Of a DNA stretch of 64,000 nt, positions 8,938-19,078 are shown in pieces (position 1 is the stretch's first letter; every line of letters starts with the position of its first letter). Under the pieces are notes generated by a model that was not told the origin of the DNA, searched no databases, and saw only the letters and a list, made by a program, of their open reading frames with translations. Origin of the DNA: a virus (lineage: Duplodnaviria; Caudoviricetes); IMG/VR virus record IMGVR_UViG_2747842453_000002, positions 56,763 to 120,762 of that record; one strand, written 5' to 3'. The position numbers were made by a program, and so were the translations under genes.

Positions 8938-9192
8938 ATGTCAGAAGAAACTCAAGAAGCAGTACAAGATGCACCTGCAGTAGAAACACCAAGTGTTACG
9001 GTGAATGATCTTGTGAATGTATATGCTATCATTGATTTAGCATCGAAACGTGGTGCGTTTCAAGCAGGCGAACTATCAGCAGTTGGCAATACTGCAAATA
9101 GAGTAAAAGCATTTGTAGATCATGTTCAGGCTCAAAATGCAAGTGCCGAAGTAGAAGCAACAGATGGTGCTGCTGAATCAGCGGAATCGTAA
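8938..9192 (+). CDS. hypothetical phage protein
   Basis: 84-aa ORF, AGGAG RBS, IIDLASKRGAFQAGEL motif. Confidence 0.8.
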   Translation: MSEETQEAVQDAPAVETPSVTVNDLVNVYAIIDLASKRGAFQAGELSAVGNTANRVKAFVDHVQAQNASAEVEATDGAAESAES

Positions 9193-9193
9193 T

Positions 9194-9829
9194 ATGGCTA
9201 AAGCACCTTTTATTAAACATGTAGGAAGACATTCTGGTACAGGTCAGCGTATAAGTGTTGTGTTTATGCAATTACCAGATGATATCAATAATGCTCTAGT
9301 TGTGTACAGTGACTCATTACCAGATCGATACCATGATGCATATATGGAAGCAATCGAATCTAATGAGGGCCAAAATACTAATAATCTATATGAAGTTCTA
9401 TCTCGTAAAGTATTCTTTCATGGTAAAACTATGCTTGATACATTGCATAAAGAAGGGCATTTAAAGAAGGTGCCAACTGAACAGATTATTATGACACCAA
9501 ATACACAAACTAATGTTCCATTAAATGAAATTAATGATGCAATGAATGCGGACGATACTGCAGTATCCGAACCAGTAAACACAGAATCAAAATCAAGAAT
9601 TGATTCAAACGTGGAATCATCAAAACAAGATGAAAATAAACAAATTGCACAAAATTTGATGGTACAAGCAAATTTGTTGGAGTCAGATGCTATGGCAAAA
9701 AGACAGGAAGCATATAAATATGATCCGAGTCTGAAACCAAAAGAAGCCAAGTCTAAAGTCCGCGTAACAACTGGAACATCAGCCGATGCTCCAAAAAAGC
9801 GTGGTAGACCAAAAAAGTCTGTAACTTAA
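9194..9829 (+). CDS. hypothetical phage protein (likely start 9194)
   Basis: Long ORF ending in basic KKRGRPKK (AT-hook-like) tail. Confidence 0.75.
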   Translation: MAKAPFIKHVGRHSGTGQRISVVFMQLPDDINNALVVYSDSLPDRYHDAYMEAIESNEGQNTNNLYEVLSRKVFFHGKTMLDTLHKEGHLKKVPTEQIIMTPNTQTNVPLNEINDAMNADDTAVSEPVNTESKSRIDSNVESSKQDENKQIAQNLMVQANLLESDAMAKRQEAYKYDPSLKPKEAKSKVRVTTGTSADAPKKRGRPKKSVT

Positions 9830-10104
9830 TGACAAGTAAGCGTAGTAACATATTAAGTAGAATTGAACAAGAACGTGACCGACAATACAATTTGGCGGGT
9901 AGCGAATATGATGCGAAAAACTCTCCAAATGATTGGATTGCAATAGCATCATATTATCTTACTCAAGAAACAAAACGTGCTACTATGCTTACTCCACCTA
10001 ATTCTACTGAATTTGAACGAGAACTAATCAAAGCAGCGGCCGTAATTGTTGCATCACTTGAACATATTGAAGTAATGAAAGAGCAAGGACACCTCAGTGA
10101 TTAA
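9829..10104 (+). CDS. hypothetical protein, possibly MazG-like helical nucleotide pyrophosphatase fold
   Basis: ERDRQ...W...ELIKAAAVIVA pattern resembles small phage MazG-like proteins. Confidence 0.4.
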   Translation: MTSKRSNILSRIEQERDRQYNLAGSEYDAKNSPNDWIAIASYYLTQETKRATMLTPPNSTEFERELIKAAAVIVASLEHIEVMKEQGHLSD

Positions 10105-10118
10105 AGAGAGAACACGTA

Positions 10119-10427
10119 GTGGAATTTGATAGAGAAAAAGAATTTGACCGTATTATAGAAGAAATAACACCAATAAGTATTCCTACTAGTTTCATTAGAG
10201 GAATTTCTGTTGTAATGAGAAATGGATCAACTGTTGAACTAAATGGAGATGATCTACTAAGTACCTTACCACTTAGTGGAGATTTTAGTTGGTCAGATAT
10301 TGCTGCAAATTTTGAAGCAATTGAAGATGTAGAAATTCTAATAGATGTTCCAGGTCTAAGACAAAGTGTAGTAGATAGTGTTAAAAATATTTTAAAAGAA
10401 CATTTCGATACGTATAAGGATACATAA
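10119..10427 (+). CDS. hypothetical protein
   Basis: 102-aa ORF, GTG start, abuts thyA. Confidence 0.65.
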   Translation: MEFDREKEFDRIIEEITPISIPTSFIRGISVVMRNGSTVELNGDDLLSTLPLSGDFSWSDIAANFEAIEDVEILIDVPGLRQSVVDSVKNILKEHFDTYKDT

Positions 10428-11297
10428 ATGTCAAATTATGCAGAAGATGAATACTTAGACCTGTTACATCACATATTGGAAAAAGGTGAACATCGCAAAA
10501 ATGAAAGAACAGGAGTAGGTACACGCTCTATATTCATGTGTACAAATCGTTATGATCTTAATAACGGATTTCCATTACTTACTACAAAGCGAGTACCATT
10601 TAAATCAGTACTAAGTGAATTACTATGGTTCCTGGAAGGTTCACAGAATGAAAGACGGCTTGCTGAAATTCATTATGGTAAACCACGTAGTGAACTAATA
10701 GGAAAGAAAACTATTTGGACTGCGAATGCTGATACACAAGGCGTAGCATTGGGACATTATAATAGTGAAACAAATAAAGATTTGGGCCCAGTATATGGAG
10801 TACAGTGGCGAAACTGGAATAACAAAGACCAGATTGCCACGCTAATCAATTCAATTAAAAATAATCCACAATCTCGTAGACATATTCTAAATGCATGGAA
10901 TGTAGGAGACTTAGATAAAATGGCATTACCACCATGTCATGTTATGTCACAGTTTTATGTGAGTAATGAAGGTAAACTAAGTTGCAGTTTATATCAACGT
11001 AGTGCTGACATATTTTTAGGTGTACCTTTTAACATTGCAAGTTATTCATTACTCACGCACATGATTGCACATATTTGTAAATTTGATGTGGGTGAATTTA
11101 TACATGTAATTGGTGATGGACATATATATGAAAACCATATAGATGCGGCCAGGACGCAACTGGCGAGGACACCAGTGCCATTCCCTAAACTTATTATAAA
11201 TCGTAACGTTTCGCATATAGATGATTTTAAAATGGAAGATTTTGATATTAAAGATTATAGTCCAGGCGATACCATCAAAGCACCAATGGCAGTATAA
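10428..11297 (+). CDS. thyA: thymidylate synthase
   Basis: RTGVGT, FPLLTTK, ELLWFL, MALPPCH (catalytic Cys), YQRSADIFLGVPFN, HIYENH. Confidence 0.97.
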   Translation: MSNYAEDEYLDLLHHILEKGEHRKNERTGVGTRSIFMCTNRYDLNNGFPLLTTKRVPFKSVLSELLWFLEGSQNERRLAEIHYGKPRSELIGKKTIWTANADTQGVALGHYNSETNKDLGPVYGVQWRNWNNKDQIATLINSIKNNPQSRRHILNAWNVGDLDKMALPPCHVMSQFYVSNEGKLSCSLYQRSADIFLGVPFNIASYSLLTHMIAHICKFDVGEFIHVIGDGHIYENHIDAARTQLARTPVPFPKLIINRNVSHIDDFKMEDFDIKDYSPGDTIKAPMAV

Positions 11298-11327
11298 AAG
11301 AAAAGCACCTATTAGGTGCTTTTTTTA
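11298..11327. terminator. bidirectional intrinsic terminator between convergent blocks
   Basis: AAAAGCACC-TATTA-GGTGCTTTTTTT, A- and T-tracts on both sides. Confidence 0.8.
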
Positions 11328-11371
11328 AGTTCTGTCATATTGTTAGTTCGTTTTAAATCTTCACTCATAAT

Positions 11372-12328
11372 CTATAAGTCCTCGTTAATAAATGTATCAC
11401 GCTTCATCTGTTTACATACTTGCATACAACGAGGCACAGGATTATCACTATCCCAACTATTAACTATACCTTGCCATACATCGCTACTTATAGCATCTTC
11501 AACACTTACATTATTCAAGTTAATTGAATTTTTATAATCAGTATCTCTAAGTAATGTCTCATAACTATCTTTGGTATTACCACTTACGCCATACTCCAAT
11601 GTCTTTGCATTTAGATGACAACAAGGAATAACATCACCTGTATGGTTTATAAAAATTCGTTTTTGATTTCCATACTTACAACTTACATAAGGAATTTCTT
11701 GTGCAGTATCAATCTTCTCTGTATTTGCTGCTTTTATATTTCCAGTAGTGTCTTTACGATGACTAATAATAGTTTTGAAGTTTTTAAACCCCTCATTCGT
11801 GGCTTTGCTTTTGGCTTCCTCCAACTGATGTTCGTTATGTTCGAACACGATAAACTGCCATACACTTTTGCCACCTGCTGCATTGAAAGCTCGATAGTTT
11901 TGTTCGACTTTTTTGAAATTACTACCCTGACGATATACTTCACTTAGTTCATCACTGCCGTCAATTCCCCAAGTAACATTATGGCTACTTGGTAAAATAC
12001 TTGCTAACTCAGTCCACCAGTTAGTAGTTCGCAAACTACCGTTCGTTGCAATATTGATGTGTGTATTCCAATCAGCAAAATGGCGTATAATATCAAAGAA
12101 CTGTGGATGACTTGTTGGTTCGTCTATACTGCCACAAAAGTTTACAATTTTAATACTAGGAAATAATTCTTTTTTAAATTTTTCACGTATAGTTTCTATT
12201 GTAAGATATTCTTTATTGATAAGATCATCAGCGTGTTTAGATATAACTCGCAAACAACCTTTGCACTCAATATTACAAAAACTAGTAAGTTCTATATCTA
12301 ACCATTCTATTGTATCCATATTCCACAT
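11372..12328 (-). CDS. radical SAM protein with C-terminal SPASM/twitch-like domain (subfamily A)
   Basis: CNIECKGC, TNGS, GIDG, WQFIVFEHNEHQ, C-terminal PCC...CMQVC. Confidence 0.9.
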   Translation of the reverse strand: MWNMDTIEWLDIELTSFCNIECKGCLRVISKHADDLINKEYLTIETIREKFKKELFPSIKIVNFCGSIDEPTSHPQFFDIIRHFADWNTHINIATNGSLRTTNWWTELASILPSSHNVTWGIDGSDELSEVYRQGSNFKKVEQNYRAFNAAGGKSVWQFIVFEHNEHQLEEAKSKATNEGFKNFKTIISHRKDTTGNIKAANTEKIDTAQEIPYVSCKYGNQKRIFINHTGDVIPCCHLNAKTLEYGVSGNTKDSYETLLRDTDYKNSINLNNVSVEDAISSDVWQGIVNSWDSDNPVPRCMQVCKQMKRDTFINEDL

Positions 12329-12393
12329 ATTATTATTCTCCTCGCATTGAATTATTTTTTAGATGGTAACTCAATGTCACGTAATTATCAGTT

Positions 12394-13650
12394 TTATACC
12401 TCATGCCAATATTTCCTGAATTCTGGATAAACATCTAATATATTAGTTTCGTGGTGTTGATCTTGTGCATTAGCATATTCAATAAAGTCATCCCAATAAT
12501 GATACCAATCCTCACCATTCATATAATTAATTACGTTATCTCCAAATTTCTTCCATCTCTCAAATGATCTGTTTACAAATTTTTGTGAGTGATTATAAGA
12601 TTGCATCCATTCTCTATCTCCATTAATCAATTCATCCCAATCATTTGTTACTTTCTCTTTTAATGCCGGTGGTAACAATTTAGGATTTAATGGACGAGGA
12701 AACTGAACAATACTTGTGTGATAATCAACTCCCATTGAATAGTAATACTTGGCGATTTCAGTTGCTCTCGTAATATTTAATAAATTGGCTGTCATTGTTG
12801 CACTTAGTTGAATGTTGCTTAACTGTAGTGCTTTTTTTATATTATCTTCTGCTATTGATAAATTGCCTCGAACTCTAACGTATTCATATATTTCAGGATA
12901 GGCATCCAAACTAACTCGTATACTAACACGCTTAAAATGCTTCCACAAATCTAGTATACTTTTTCCCTTATATTCTAGTGTACTAAAATTACTATTATAT
13001 TGTAATGTAATATGGTTTGCTTCAGGTAAAATACGCTCTAAAAAATCATAATGCTTATCATGGAACAAAGGTTCCCCGCCTGTAATCATCAATTCAGTAA
13101 GGTTCGGACTAAGTGAAACCACTTCATCAATTATCTCTTGTGTTAGACTAACATGCTTTTCAAGTTCCCTGTATGTTCCAACTTTTTTCATTTGTCCCAT
13201 TAATATCGGATCTCGTTTCGCCTTCTGTTCCCATATGCTACTATATGTAGGAGAACAATGTCTACACATCAAATTACAGATATTATCAAAACGTATTTCA
13301 ATACTTTGTAAATTTTTAATTGGGTAACTACCATCTTCTTCGATATTGTTAATAATATTATTACTATCAACATCAGGATACATTTCAGCCGCATTTTGAC
13401 GTAAACTTTTCGCACCGCTACGTTCTAAATCCCAACAACTTATACAACCTTTATGTTGAACTCCATTTACCAATTCGGTTCGCACTTTACGTAACTGTTC
13501 GCCATTCCAAGTATCTGTAAGTGTATCTGTTAGAAAATCTCCAACCTTATCTGGATATCTCCAACACGCACTCAACTTACCTTCATTTTTAATGTTAATA
13601 TGATGGAAAGGCATTATGCAAAATGTATCACTCTTATTCTTATCTTCCAT
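12394..13650 (-). CDS. radical SAM protein with N-terminal twitch/SPASM-like domain (subfamily B)
   Basis: FCIMPF...ACW...CISC, then CNLMCRHC, TGGEP, SLDA. Confidence 0.9.
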   Translation of the reverse strand: MEDKNKSDTFCIMPFHHINIKNEGKLSACWRYPDKVGDFLTDTLTDTWNGEQLRKVRTELVNGVQHKGCISCWDLERSGAKSLRQNAAEMYPDVDSNNIINNIEEDGSYPIKNLQSIEIRFDNICNLMCRHCSPTYSSIWEQKAKRDPILMGQMKKVGTYRELEKHVSLTQEIIDEVVSLSPNLTELMITGGEPLFHDKHYDFLERILPEANHITLQYNSNFSTLEYKGKSILDLWKHFKRVSIRVSLDAYPEIYEYVRVRGNLSIAEDNIKKALQLSNIQLSATMTANLLNITRATEIAKYYYSMGVDYHTSIVQFPRPLNPKLLPPALKEKVTNDWDELINGDREWMQSYNHSQKFVNRSFERWKKFGDNVINYMNGEDWYHYWDDFIEYANAQDQHHETNILDVYPEFRKYWHEV

Positions 13651-15060
13651 TTATATATCCTTAAATATGTCTTTCATCTCTGTAAAGGTAGAACTAAAAC
13701 TATTGTTACGCTGCCTATCACATAGACTTAAATATTCTTTTAACTCTGGAAGTCTAATGCTCCAGTCTTCACTTTCCATAAATTGTACCATACCTTGAAG
13801 ACGCTTTATTCCGTATTCTGCGTCGATAAAATTTTCTTGTGTTACATTGTCCTTATGCCAACTTGGGATACCTAGTTCCCAATTCGCTTCCCACCATGGA
13901 TAAAACTCTTCATACTTTTTACGTACTTCTGCTTTAAACCAGTCTGGTAATACTTTAACATTAAGATGTGCTGGGTGATAAACAAAGTGATAATTAATTC
14001 CGCCAGCGCCGAATGGCCACATATTAATTTTACTAAAACCTTGTTCCAGTTTCCATTTAATGAAATCTGGAATATAATATATGTTCAAAGCCTGCACTGC
14101 ACATGCAACAGTTACTTCTACATTGTCACTCGTTTGCTTGTCTAATATATGAAATACTTCTTTCTGTCTGCTCCATTCACTAGGATAGCGAATGTAATCA
14201 TTCATATCTTCAATACTATCAACACTATAATGAAAGCGTACTAATTTAAATTCTTTCCATAGATCAAATAAATCATCTCTCCACTCTACACCATTTGAGT
14301 TATAGCGTAGTTCAAGGTCCTTTGCGTAACCCATTTTGATAGCGTGTTCAAGTATTTCGTAGTGTTCTTCAATAATAAGACTTTCGCCACCTGCAAAATA
14401 TATCTGTTGCATACTAGGCATCTGATCGTAAAACTGTTCCCAAAATTTTGGATTCTGCTTATGCCAATTATAACTACTTCTATTAGTACTACCTTTGTCA
14501 GCCCATTGCATTGTCTCCTTTAGAGATTCGTTTTTTACCTCTGGAAAAATCTTTTTATAATCTTTAATCCAGCCACTACTATCGTGTGGACTACACATTA
14601 CACATGCTAATTGACACTTAGTACCAAATCTTAAATCAATATATGCTAACTGTGGAGGAACGCCGCCGTCAGCAGATGTGTTTTCAATAAGTTCATCAAC
14701 ATTGACACGTTGGCTCCAATAATTTGTTTCCCACATACGTTTACTATTATGTCCGGATGCCTCTTCCTTGTAACACTTCATGCAACTAGGTGGCTTTTCA
14801 CCATTAAGCATTTGTAGCCGTACATTCTTCATGTAATTAGAATTCCACGCAGTTTCAAAGTCACTAACATTTAGATTGTTTGGTTTACCATCATCTGTTT
14901 TAAGAATTCCTACTTGTCCGCCATGAACTTTGTCATTAGTTGGTCCAACTGAACTCGCATTTGCAGTACAACATACTCGCATACTGCCATCGGGACGGGT
15001 GCTAAGATGTACCCATGGCAACAGACAAAAAGTCTCGCTTGGATATTTTTTTTCAGACAT
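13651..15060 (-). CDS. radical SAM protein with N-terminal twitch/SPASM-like domain (subfamily B)
   Basis: FCLLPW...VCC...CMKC, then CQLACVMC, AGGE, YIRYP. Confidence 0.9.
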   Translation of the reverse strand: MSEKKYPSETFCLLPWVHLSTRPDGSMRVCCTANASSVGPTNDKVHGGQVGILKTDDGKPNNLNVSDFETAWNSNYMKNVRLQMLNGEKPPSCMKCYKEEASGHNSKRMWETNYWSQRVNVDELIENTSADGGVPPQLAYIDLRFGTKCQLACVMCSPHDSSGWIKDYKKIFPEVKNESLKETMQWADKGSTNRSSYNWHKQNPKFWEQFYDQMPSMQQIYFAGGESLIIEEHYEILEHAIKMGYAKDLELRYNSNGVEWRDDLFDLWKEFKLVRFHYSVDSIEDMNDYIRYPSEWSRQKEVFHILDKQTSDNVEVTVACAVQALNIYYIPDFIKWKLEQGFSKINMWPFGAGGINYHFVYHPAHLNVKVLPDWFKAEVRKKYEEFYPWWEANWELGIPSWHKDNVTQENFIDAEYGIKRLQGMVQFMESEDWSIRLPELKEYLSLCDRQRNNSFSSTFTEMKDIFKDI

Positions 15061-15086
15061 TTGGTGTTTACTCCGTTATTATACGT

Positions 15087-15115
15087 ATTATACTAATATT
15101 TTAAGTGATTGTCAA
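15087..15115 (-). promoter_or_regulatory. consensus sigma70 promoter for the 15060-11372 radical SAM genes
   Basis: Minus strand TTGACA-N17-TATAAT. Confidence 0.8.
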
Positions 15116-15199
15116 CATATTAATTATTAATTATTTCTCTATGTGCCCACGCACGTTCCTGCCACTGCCAACAAGTATACTATTTTTATATCTTCGTAG

Positions 15200-15880
15200 T
15201 TATACATGCCAGTTTACATACTCGTCCTGTGGCGGTTTTGGTTCGACTGCCCACTTATTACCCTGTTCCTTAGATTCTGCTGGTACCATTTGTTGTGTGT
15301 GAAGATTATAGGTTTCGTCAACGTTTGTGCTGGCGACACCTACACCAACCACTAACTGTACTTCATCGGGATAGTCTAAACCAAGTGCAGGTAAAATAGT
15401 AGTATCCCATCCACTGTATTCAAAATCCAAACAACGACAAAATCCACACTGTAACCCTCTGGCTGCGGCACTGTAAATTAGCATATGACTTGCTAATCCT
15501 ATTTCCATTGCACTCAAACTCAGATATAGTAAATCTTGATTTCTTTCACTATAGTCATATGTCAGAGGTGAAGGAATTCTTCCAGTGAATACAACGAGCC
15601 AATTAGCCAGTGTTTGTGAGTTATAATGTTTTGTTTCAGGATTATGTCTATCCACTGCCATTTCATAAAATTCATTGCGCAACGCAGTATCGCTCCAATC
15701 AAGTATATGCATTCCAAAGTGTACTTGGTTCTGTTTACACGGCGTCCTGCGATGAATTTCGTCCACTATTTCTTGCATTGTTTCCTGTGTAACTGACGCA
15801 TCTAAATTCCAATTACTTGTTTGCATTCTTAGATCAGTTAACTCTTGCCATGCTTGTAATTTTGTATTTGTTTCACTCAT
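15200..15880 (-). CDS. nitroreductase-like flavoprotein (likely start 15880)
   Basis: R..S.W, TPCKQN, and MEIGLASHMLIYSAAARGLQCGFC resemble the nitroreductase fold. Confidence 0.6.
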   Translation of the reverse strand: MSETNTKLQAWQELTDLRMQTSNWNLDASVTQETMQEIVDEIHRRTPCKQNQVHFGMHILDWSDTALRNEFYEMAVDRHNPETKHYNSQTLANWLVVFTGRIPSPLTYDYSERNQDLLYLSLSAMEIGLASHMLIYSAAARGLQCGFCRCLDFEYSGWDTTILPALGLDYPDEVQLVVGVGVASTNVDETYNLHTQQMVPAESKEQGNKWAVEPKPPQDEYVNWHV

Positions 15881-16967
15881 TTTTACTCTCCATAATATGT
15901 TCATCTATCTTAAATTTTGCAATTGGTTTTGTTTCTTGAACTTTCTTACTACACGTACTTGCACATTTAACCATCTTACTTCCGCAACTTGTACCATATT
16001 CTGAATCGAAACTTCCTACTAAATCTTTTTTATAAAATGGATGATTTAATATTTCATCAACACTATGTAAATCTAATCGATTCCAATCAGGTGAACTATA
16101 TTCACTATACATGGTTTTACTTACCTGATGCCAATGTGTGTTGTGACCACCGAATTCAGTATTTCTAATAAAACAGCAAGGCCACAGGCGTGCATTGAAA
16201 TCAATAAAATACATTTTTTGTCTTTGAAAGAAACAGTCAATTGGATCGTTTTCAACACTTTTCTTTGATATAAAAAACTTATCAAGATCATCTGGGCTTG
16301 AATTATTATATTGTTTATCTTCAGCCTGAATTCGCCGTATGTCTTCTATTTCCCAATTATTCTCGGATATCATACTACGGTCTAACCTATGTATGAAATG
16401 CTTAAATCCCATCTGCTTACTTTTCTCACTTGCTTCTTCAACTTGATGTTTATTCCATGGGAATACCAAATACTGCCAGCCAGCATCTCCACCTGCCTGA
16501 ATGAAAGATTCTGCATTTTGCATAATTCGATCAAAATTAGTTCTCTGTCTATATATATGATTGGTATCTTGTAAACCATCTATACTAAATTTCAATTGGT
16601 GCCTGTCAAACTGTTGTAGTATCTCAGCAGTTTCAGCCCAATAACTGGGATTTCTAGTACTACCATTAGTATGTATCCAAACTTTTTTTATTCCACATTT
16701 TAATGCTAACCTAAGAATATCATTAAATTGGGGATGCATGAAAGGATCATCAACTGTTCCGCAAAAGTCCAAATCTGTAACTGTCTCAAACTCATTTAAG
16801 AATTTTTCAATCACATCTAGTTGTAGAATCTTTTTATCTGGAATAGTTGGCATCTTACCATTAAAATTTAGATGATTAGTACGTGCACAGCCGAAGCACA
16901 GTGCATTGCACATACTACTAATCTCTAGTTGTAATCGTGTAGGCTCCGGTAGATACATCTGCGTCAA
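15873..16967 (-). CDS. radical SAM protein with C-terminal SPASM/twitch-like domain (subfamily A)
   Basis: CNALCFGC, HTNGS, FSIDGL, WQYLVFPWNKHQ, WPCC...CASTC. Confidence 0.9.
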   Translation of the reverse strand: MTQMYLPEPTRLQLEISSMCNALCFGCARTNHLNFNGKMPTIPDKKILQLDVIEKFLNEFETVTDLDFCGTVDDPFMHPQFNDILRLALKCGIKKVWIHTNGSTRNPSYWAETAEILQQFDRHQLKFSIDGLQDTNHIYRQRTNFDRIMQNAESFIQAGGDAGWQYLVFPWNKHQVEEASEKSKQMGFKHFIHRLDRSMISENNWEIEDIRRIQAEDKQYNNSSPDDLDKFFISKKSVENDPIDCFFQRQKMYFIDFNARLWPCCFIRNTEFGGHNTHWHQVSKTMYSEYSSPDWNRLDLHSVDEILNHPFYKKDLVGSFDSEYGTSCGSKMVKCASTCSKKVQETKPIAKFKIDEHIMESKNE

Positions 16968-17949
16968 TGTACTTATCTCCTTTTTTTATATTTTTAATCT
17001 TAGTTGTTTGTAAATCAGTCAAACATCCACATAAGTCCCACTTACATTTTACTGGCAGTAATGGAATACTGTATTCTTTATCACTTATATTACCATATTT
17101 TAAGTTCTTAAAACACTGGCTGCCAGGTTTGATCCACCCATTATGTTGAACTACTAGTGTTTCAATCCCCATATTACAATACCAATCTTTCCAATCATTT
17201 AGTTGTGGTAATAGTATTTCATTTTCTATACTTTTAACTATTACTGGTTCTTCTCCGTCTTTTCTCCACTGCATTTTGCTTTGATTTTTTAGATTTGGGG
17301 ATCCGTTTAATCTCTGCAGAGAATTCATTGTTGCTAATTGTATATCTGTATAAGGTTGTAATTCATGCTTCCGTATTGATATTCTGACAGGCTTATATTG
17401 TAAACTAACACCAGGTATTAAATTATCATACAAATATTTATATGTGTCAACACACCCATCAAATTGCGCAATATCCATCATAACATGCAACGATATATTT
17501 ATACCTGATTTTTGGACTTGATTAAATTTTTCAACAATCTTTTCTTTTTTGGTTTGTCCCTCATGTATACTTACAATAAGTAAATCGAATAGATGCGCTT
17601 TATCTGTCCACCATTTTGTACTACGTGTGCCGTTAGTTAATAATCGGATTATATTATTTTCATTTATATTTTTAATATATTCACAAACTTTCGTCACCTC
17701 AGGCCATAGTGCAGGTTCACCGCCATGAAAATTAAAAAACATTATTTTGTTTTGAGGGACACATATGTTTTCCCATACAAAATCAATGAACCTAATGCAA
17801 TTATCAAAATCATGCCAGGGAACTCCGCCGTCCCAACATGCTGGATCACAGTAAGAGCATTGGAAATTACAAGTGTTTCCTGCTGCCCAATCAATAATTA
17901 TTGCATTTTCTTTTACAGGTTCAAAATAATCATATTCATATTTTGTCAT
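16918..17949 (-). CDS. radical SAM protein with C-terminal Cys-rich domain (subfamily C)
   Basis: CNFQCSYC, HGGEP, TNGTR, WKDWYCNMG...CKWDLCGC. Confidence 0.9.
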   Translation of the reverse strand: MTKYEYDYFEPVKENAIIIDWAAGNTCNFQCSYCDPACWDGGVPWHDFDNCIRFIDFVWENICVPQNKIMFFNFHGGEPALWPEVTKVCEYIKNINENNIIRLLTNGTRSTKWWTDKAHLFDLLIVSIHEGQTKKEKIVEKFNQVQKSGINISLHVMMDIAQFDGCVDTYKYLYDNLIPGVSLQYKPVRISIRKHELQPYTDIQLATMNSLQRLNGSPNLKNQSKMQWRKDGEEPVIVKSIENEILLPQLNDWKDWYCNMGIETLVVQHNGWIKPGSQCFKNLKYGNISDKEYSIPLLPVKCKWDLCGCLTDLQTTKIKNIKKGDKYIDADVSTGAYTITTRD

Positions 17950-19040
17950 CGAAATTGCTCCTTGAACGGATCAAACTCAGTTCCGCATTTCATTGCGCAT
18001 ACTCCCAGTTTACCATCACTTATGCTAGTTTTATCCCAACTATCGGTAATACTAGTTAAGAGATTACCAGACATTGCATCTTCTATGCTAATTTCAATAA
18101 CATTAATTCCGTCTTTTCCGCCAGCAGCATCTATATGATCCCATATCTGTTCTACACGATAATCTTTATGCCACCACTTATACATACGACCCGCAGTCCA
18201 ACAGCATGGCATCAATAGGCCTTCTGCTGTTATAAAGATTTCATTCTTTTCAACTGCCTTACACGATATATTACATTTGTCATAATATTCACGCATACTA
18301 CCATATGATTTTTCTATTTCTTTTTGCTTTAATAGAGCAATATTTTGGTTGTCAGTACTTTTAGGTTTAGCGATTACCGCAGTCTTTTCTCCATTGCGGT
18401 TTTGTGCCTGGTGTGTATCTTTAGACGTTTCTCCACTTGCAACTATAAATCTCCCAGATTTTTTCTTTTGAAACTTTTCACATCCCCATTCAATTGCAAG
18501 TGTTTCTGCTTCTGCAACCTGATGTTCATTGTGTTGGAATATCAGGAAGTCCCATCTTGCTCTACCACCAGCAGAGATGAATGCTTTCATATTACGTTCT
18601 ACATTATCCCAAACAACATTTTGTCTGTAAAGATGATTTGTATCACGAAGACCATCAACACTAAAGATTACTGCACCTTTATTATTGATAACTCCAGCCA
18701 ATTCTTCCCACCATTCTGTATTCTTTGCACCAGCATTTGTGTTCATACTTAGCCACATTGTTGGATTATGTTCTCTAAAGTATTTAAATACTTCTAATGT
18801 ATCTTTAGCAACAATAGGATCACCAAGATTACCACACATATACATCGCATCTAATTGTCCAATAAACTCTGGAGAGAATATCTTTTTACAATCGTCTATT
18901 GATAGTTCTGCATTTGTAATATGTCTATTATCAACACCGCCATTTTCATTTCGGTCACACATAGGACACGCTGCTTGACAACGTTGCGTTATTTCTAAAT
19001 GAACTTGTTTTATGTTATCGTATCTATACAAGTCTACCAA
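17946..19040 (-). CDS. radical SAM protein with C-terminal SPASM/twitch-like domain (subfamily A)
   Basis: CQAACPMC, CGNLGDP, FSVDGL, WDFLIFQHNEHQ, MPCC...CAMKC. Confidence 0.9.
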   Translation of the reverse strand: MVDLYRYDNIKQVHLEITQRCQAACPMCDRNENGGVDNRHITNAELSIDDCKKIFSPEFIGQLDAMYMCGNLGDPIVAKDTLEVFKYFREHNPTMWLSMNTNAGAKNTEWWEELAGVINNKGAVIFSVDGLRDTNHLYRQNVVWDNVERNMKAFISAGGRARWDFLIFQHNEHQVAEAETLAIEWGCEKFQKKKSGRFIVASGETSKDTHQAQNRNGEKTAVIAKPKSTDNQNIALLKQKEIEKSYGSMREYYDKCNISCKAVEKNEIFITAEGLLMPCCWTAGRMYKWWHKDYRVEQIWDHIDAAGGKDGINVIEISIEDAMSGNLLTSITDSWDKTSISDGKLGVCAMKCGTEFDPFKEQFR

Positions 19041-19078
19041 ATCCCCTTATAGTCATCTTGACTGTTTTTAAATAACAT

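Noticed and set aside
10428-11297. thyA as a dCMP/dUMP hydroxymethylase feeding DNA hypermodification by the adjacent island
   Set aside because: Sequence is a canonical ThyA, including the dUMP-specifying Asn in GVPFN, and is separated from the island by a bidirectional terminator. DNA modification by the island is not excluded, but this gene is no evidence for it.
15131-15199. 22 open codons in frame after the nitroreductase stop (possible readthrough or small RNA)
   Set aside because: Short enough to occur by chance; TAA stop, no recoding signal or convincing structure seen.
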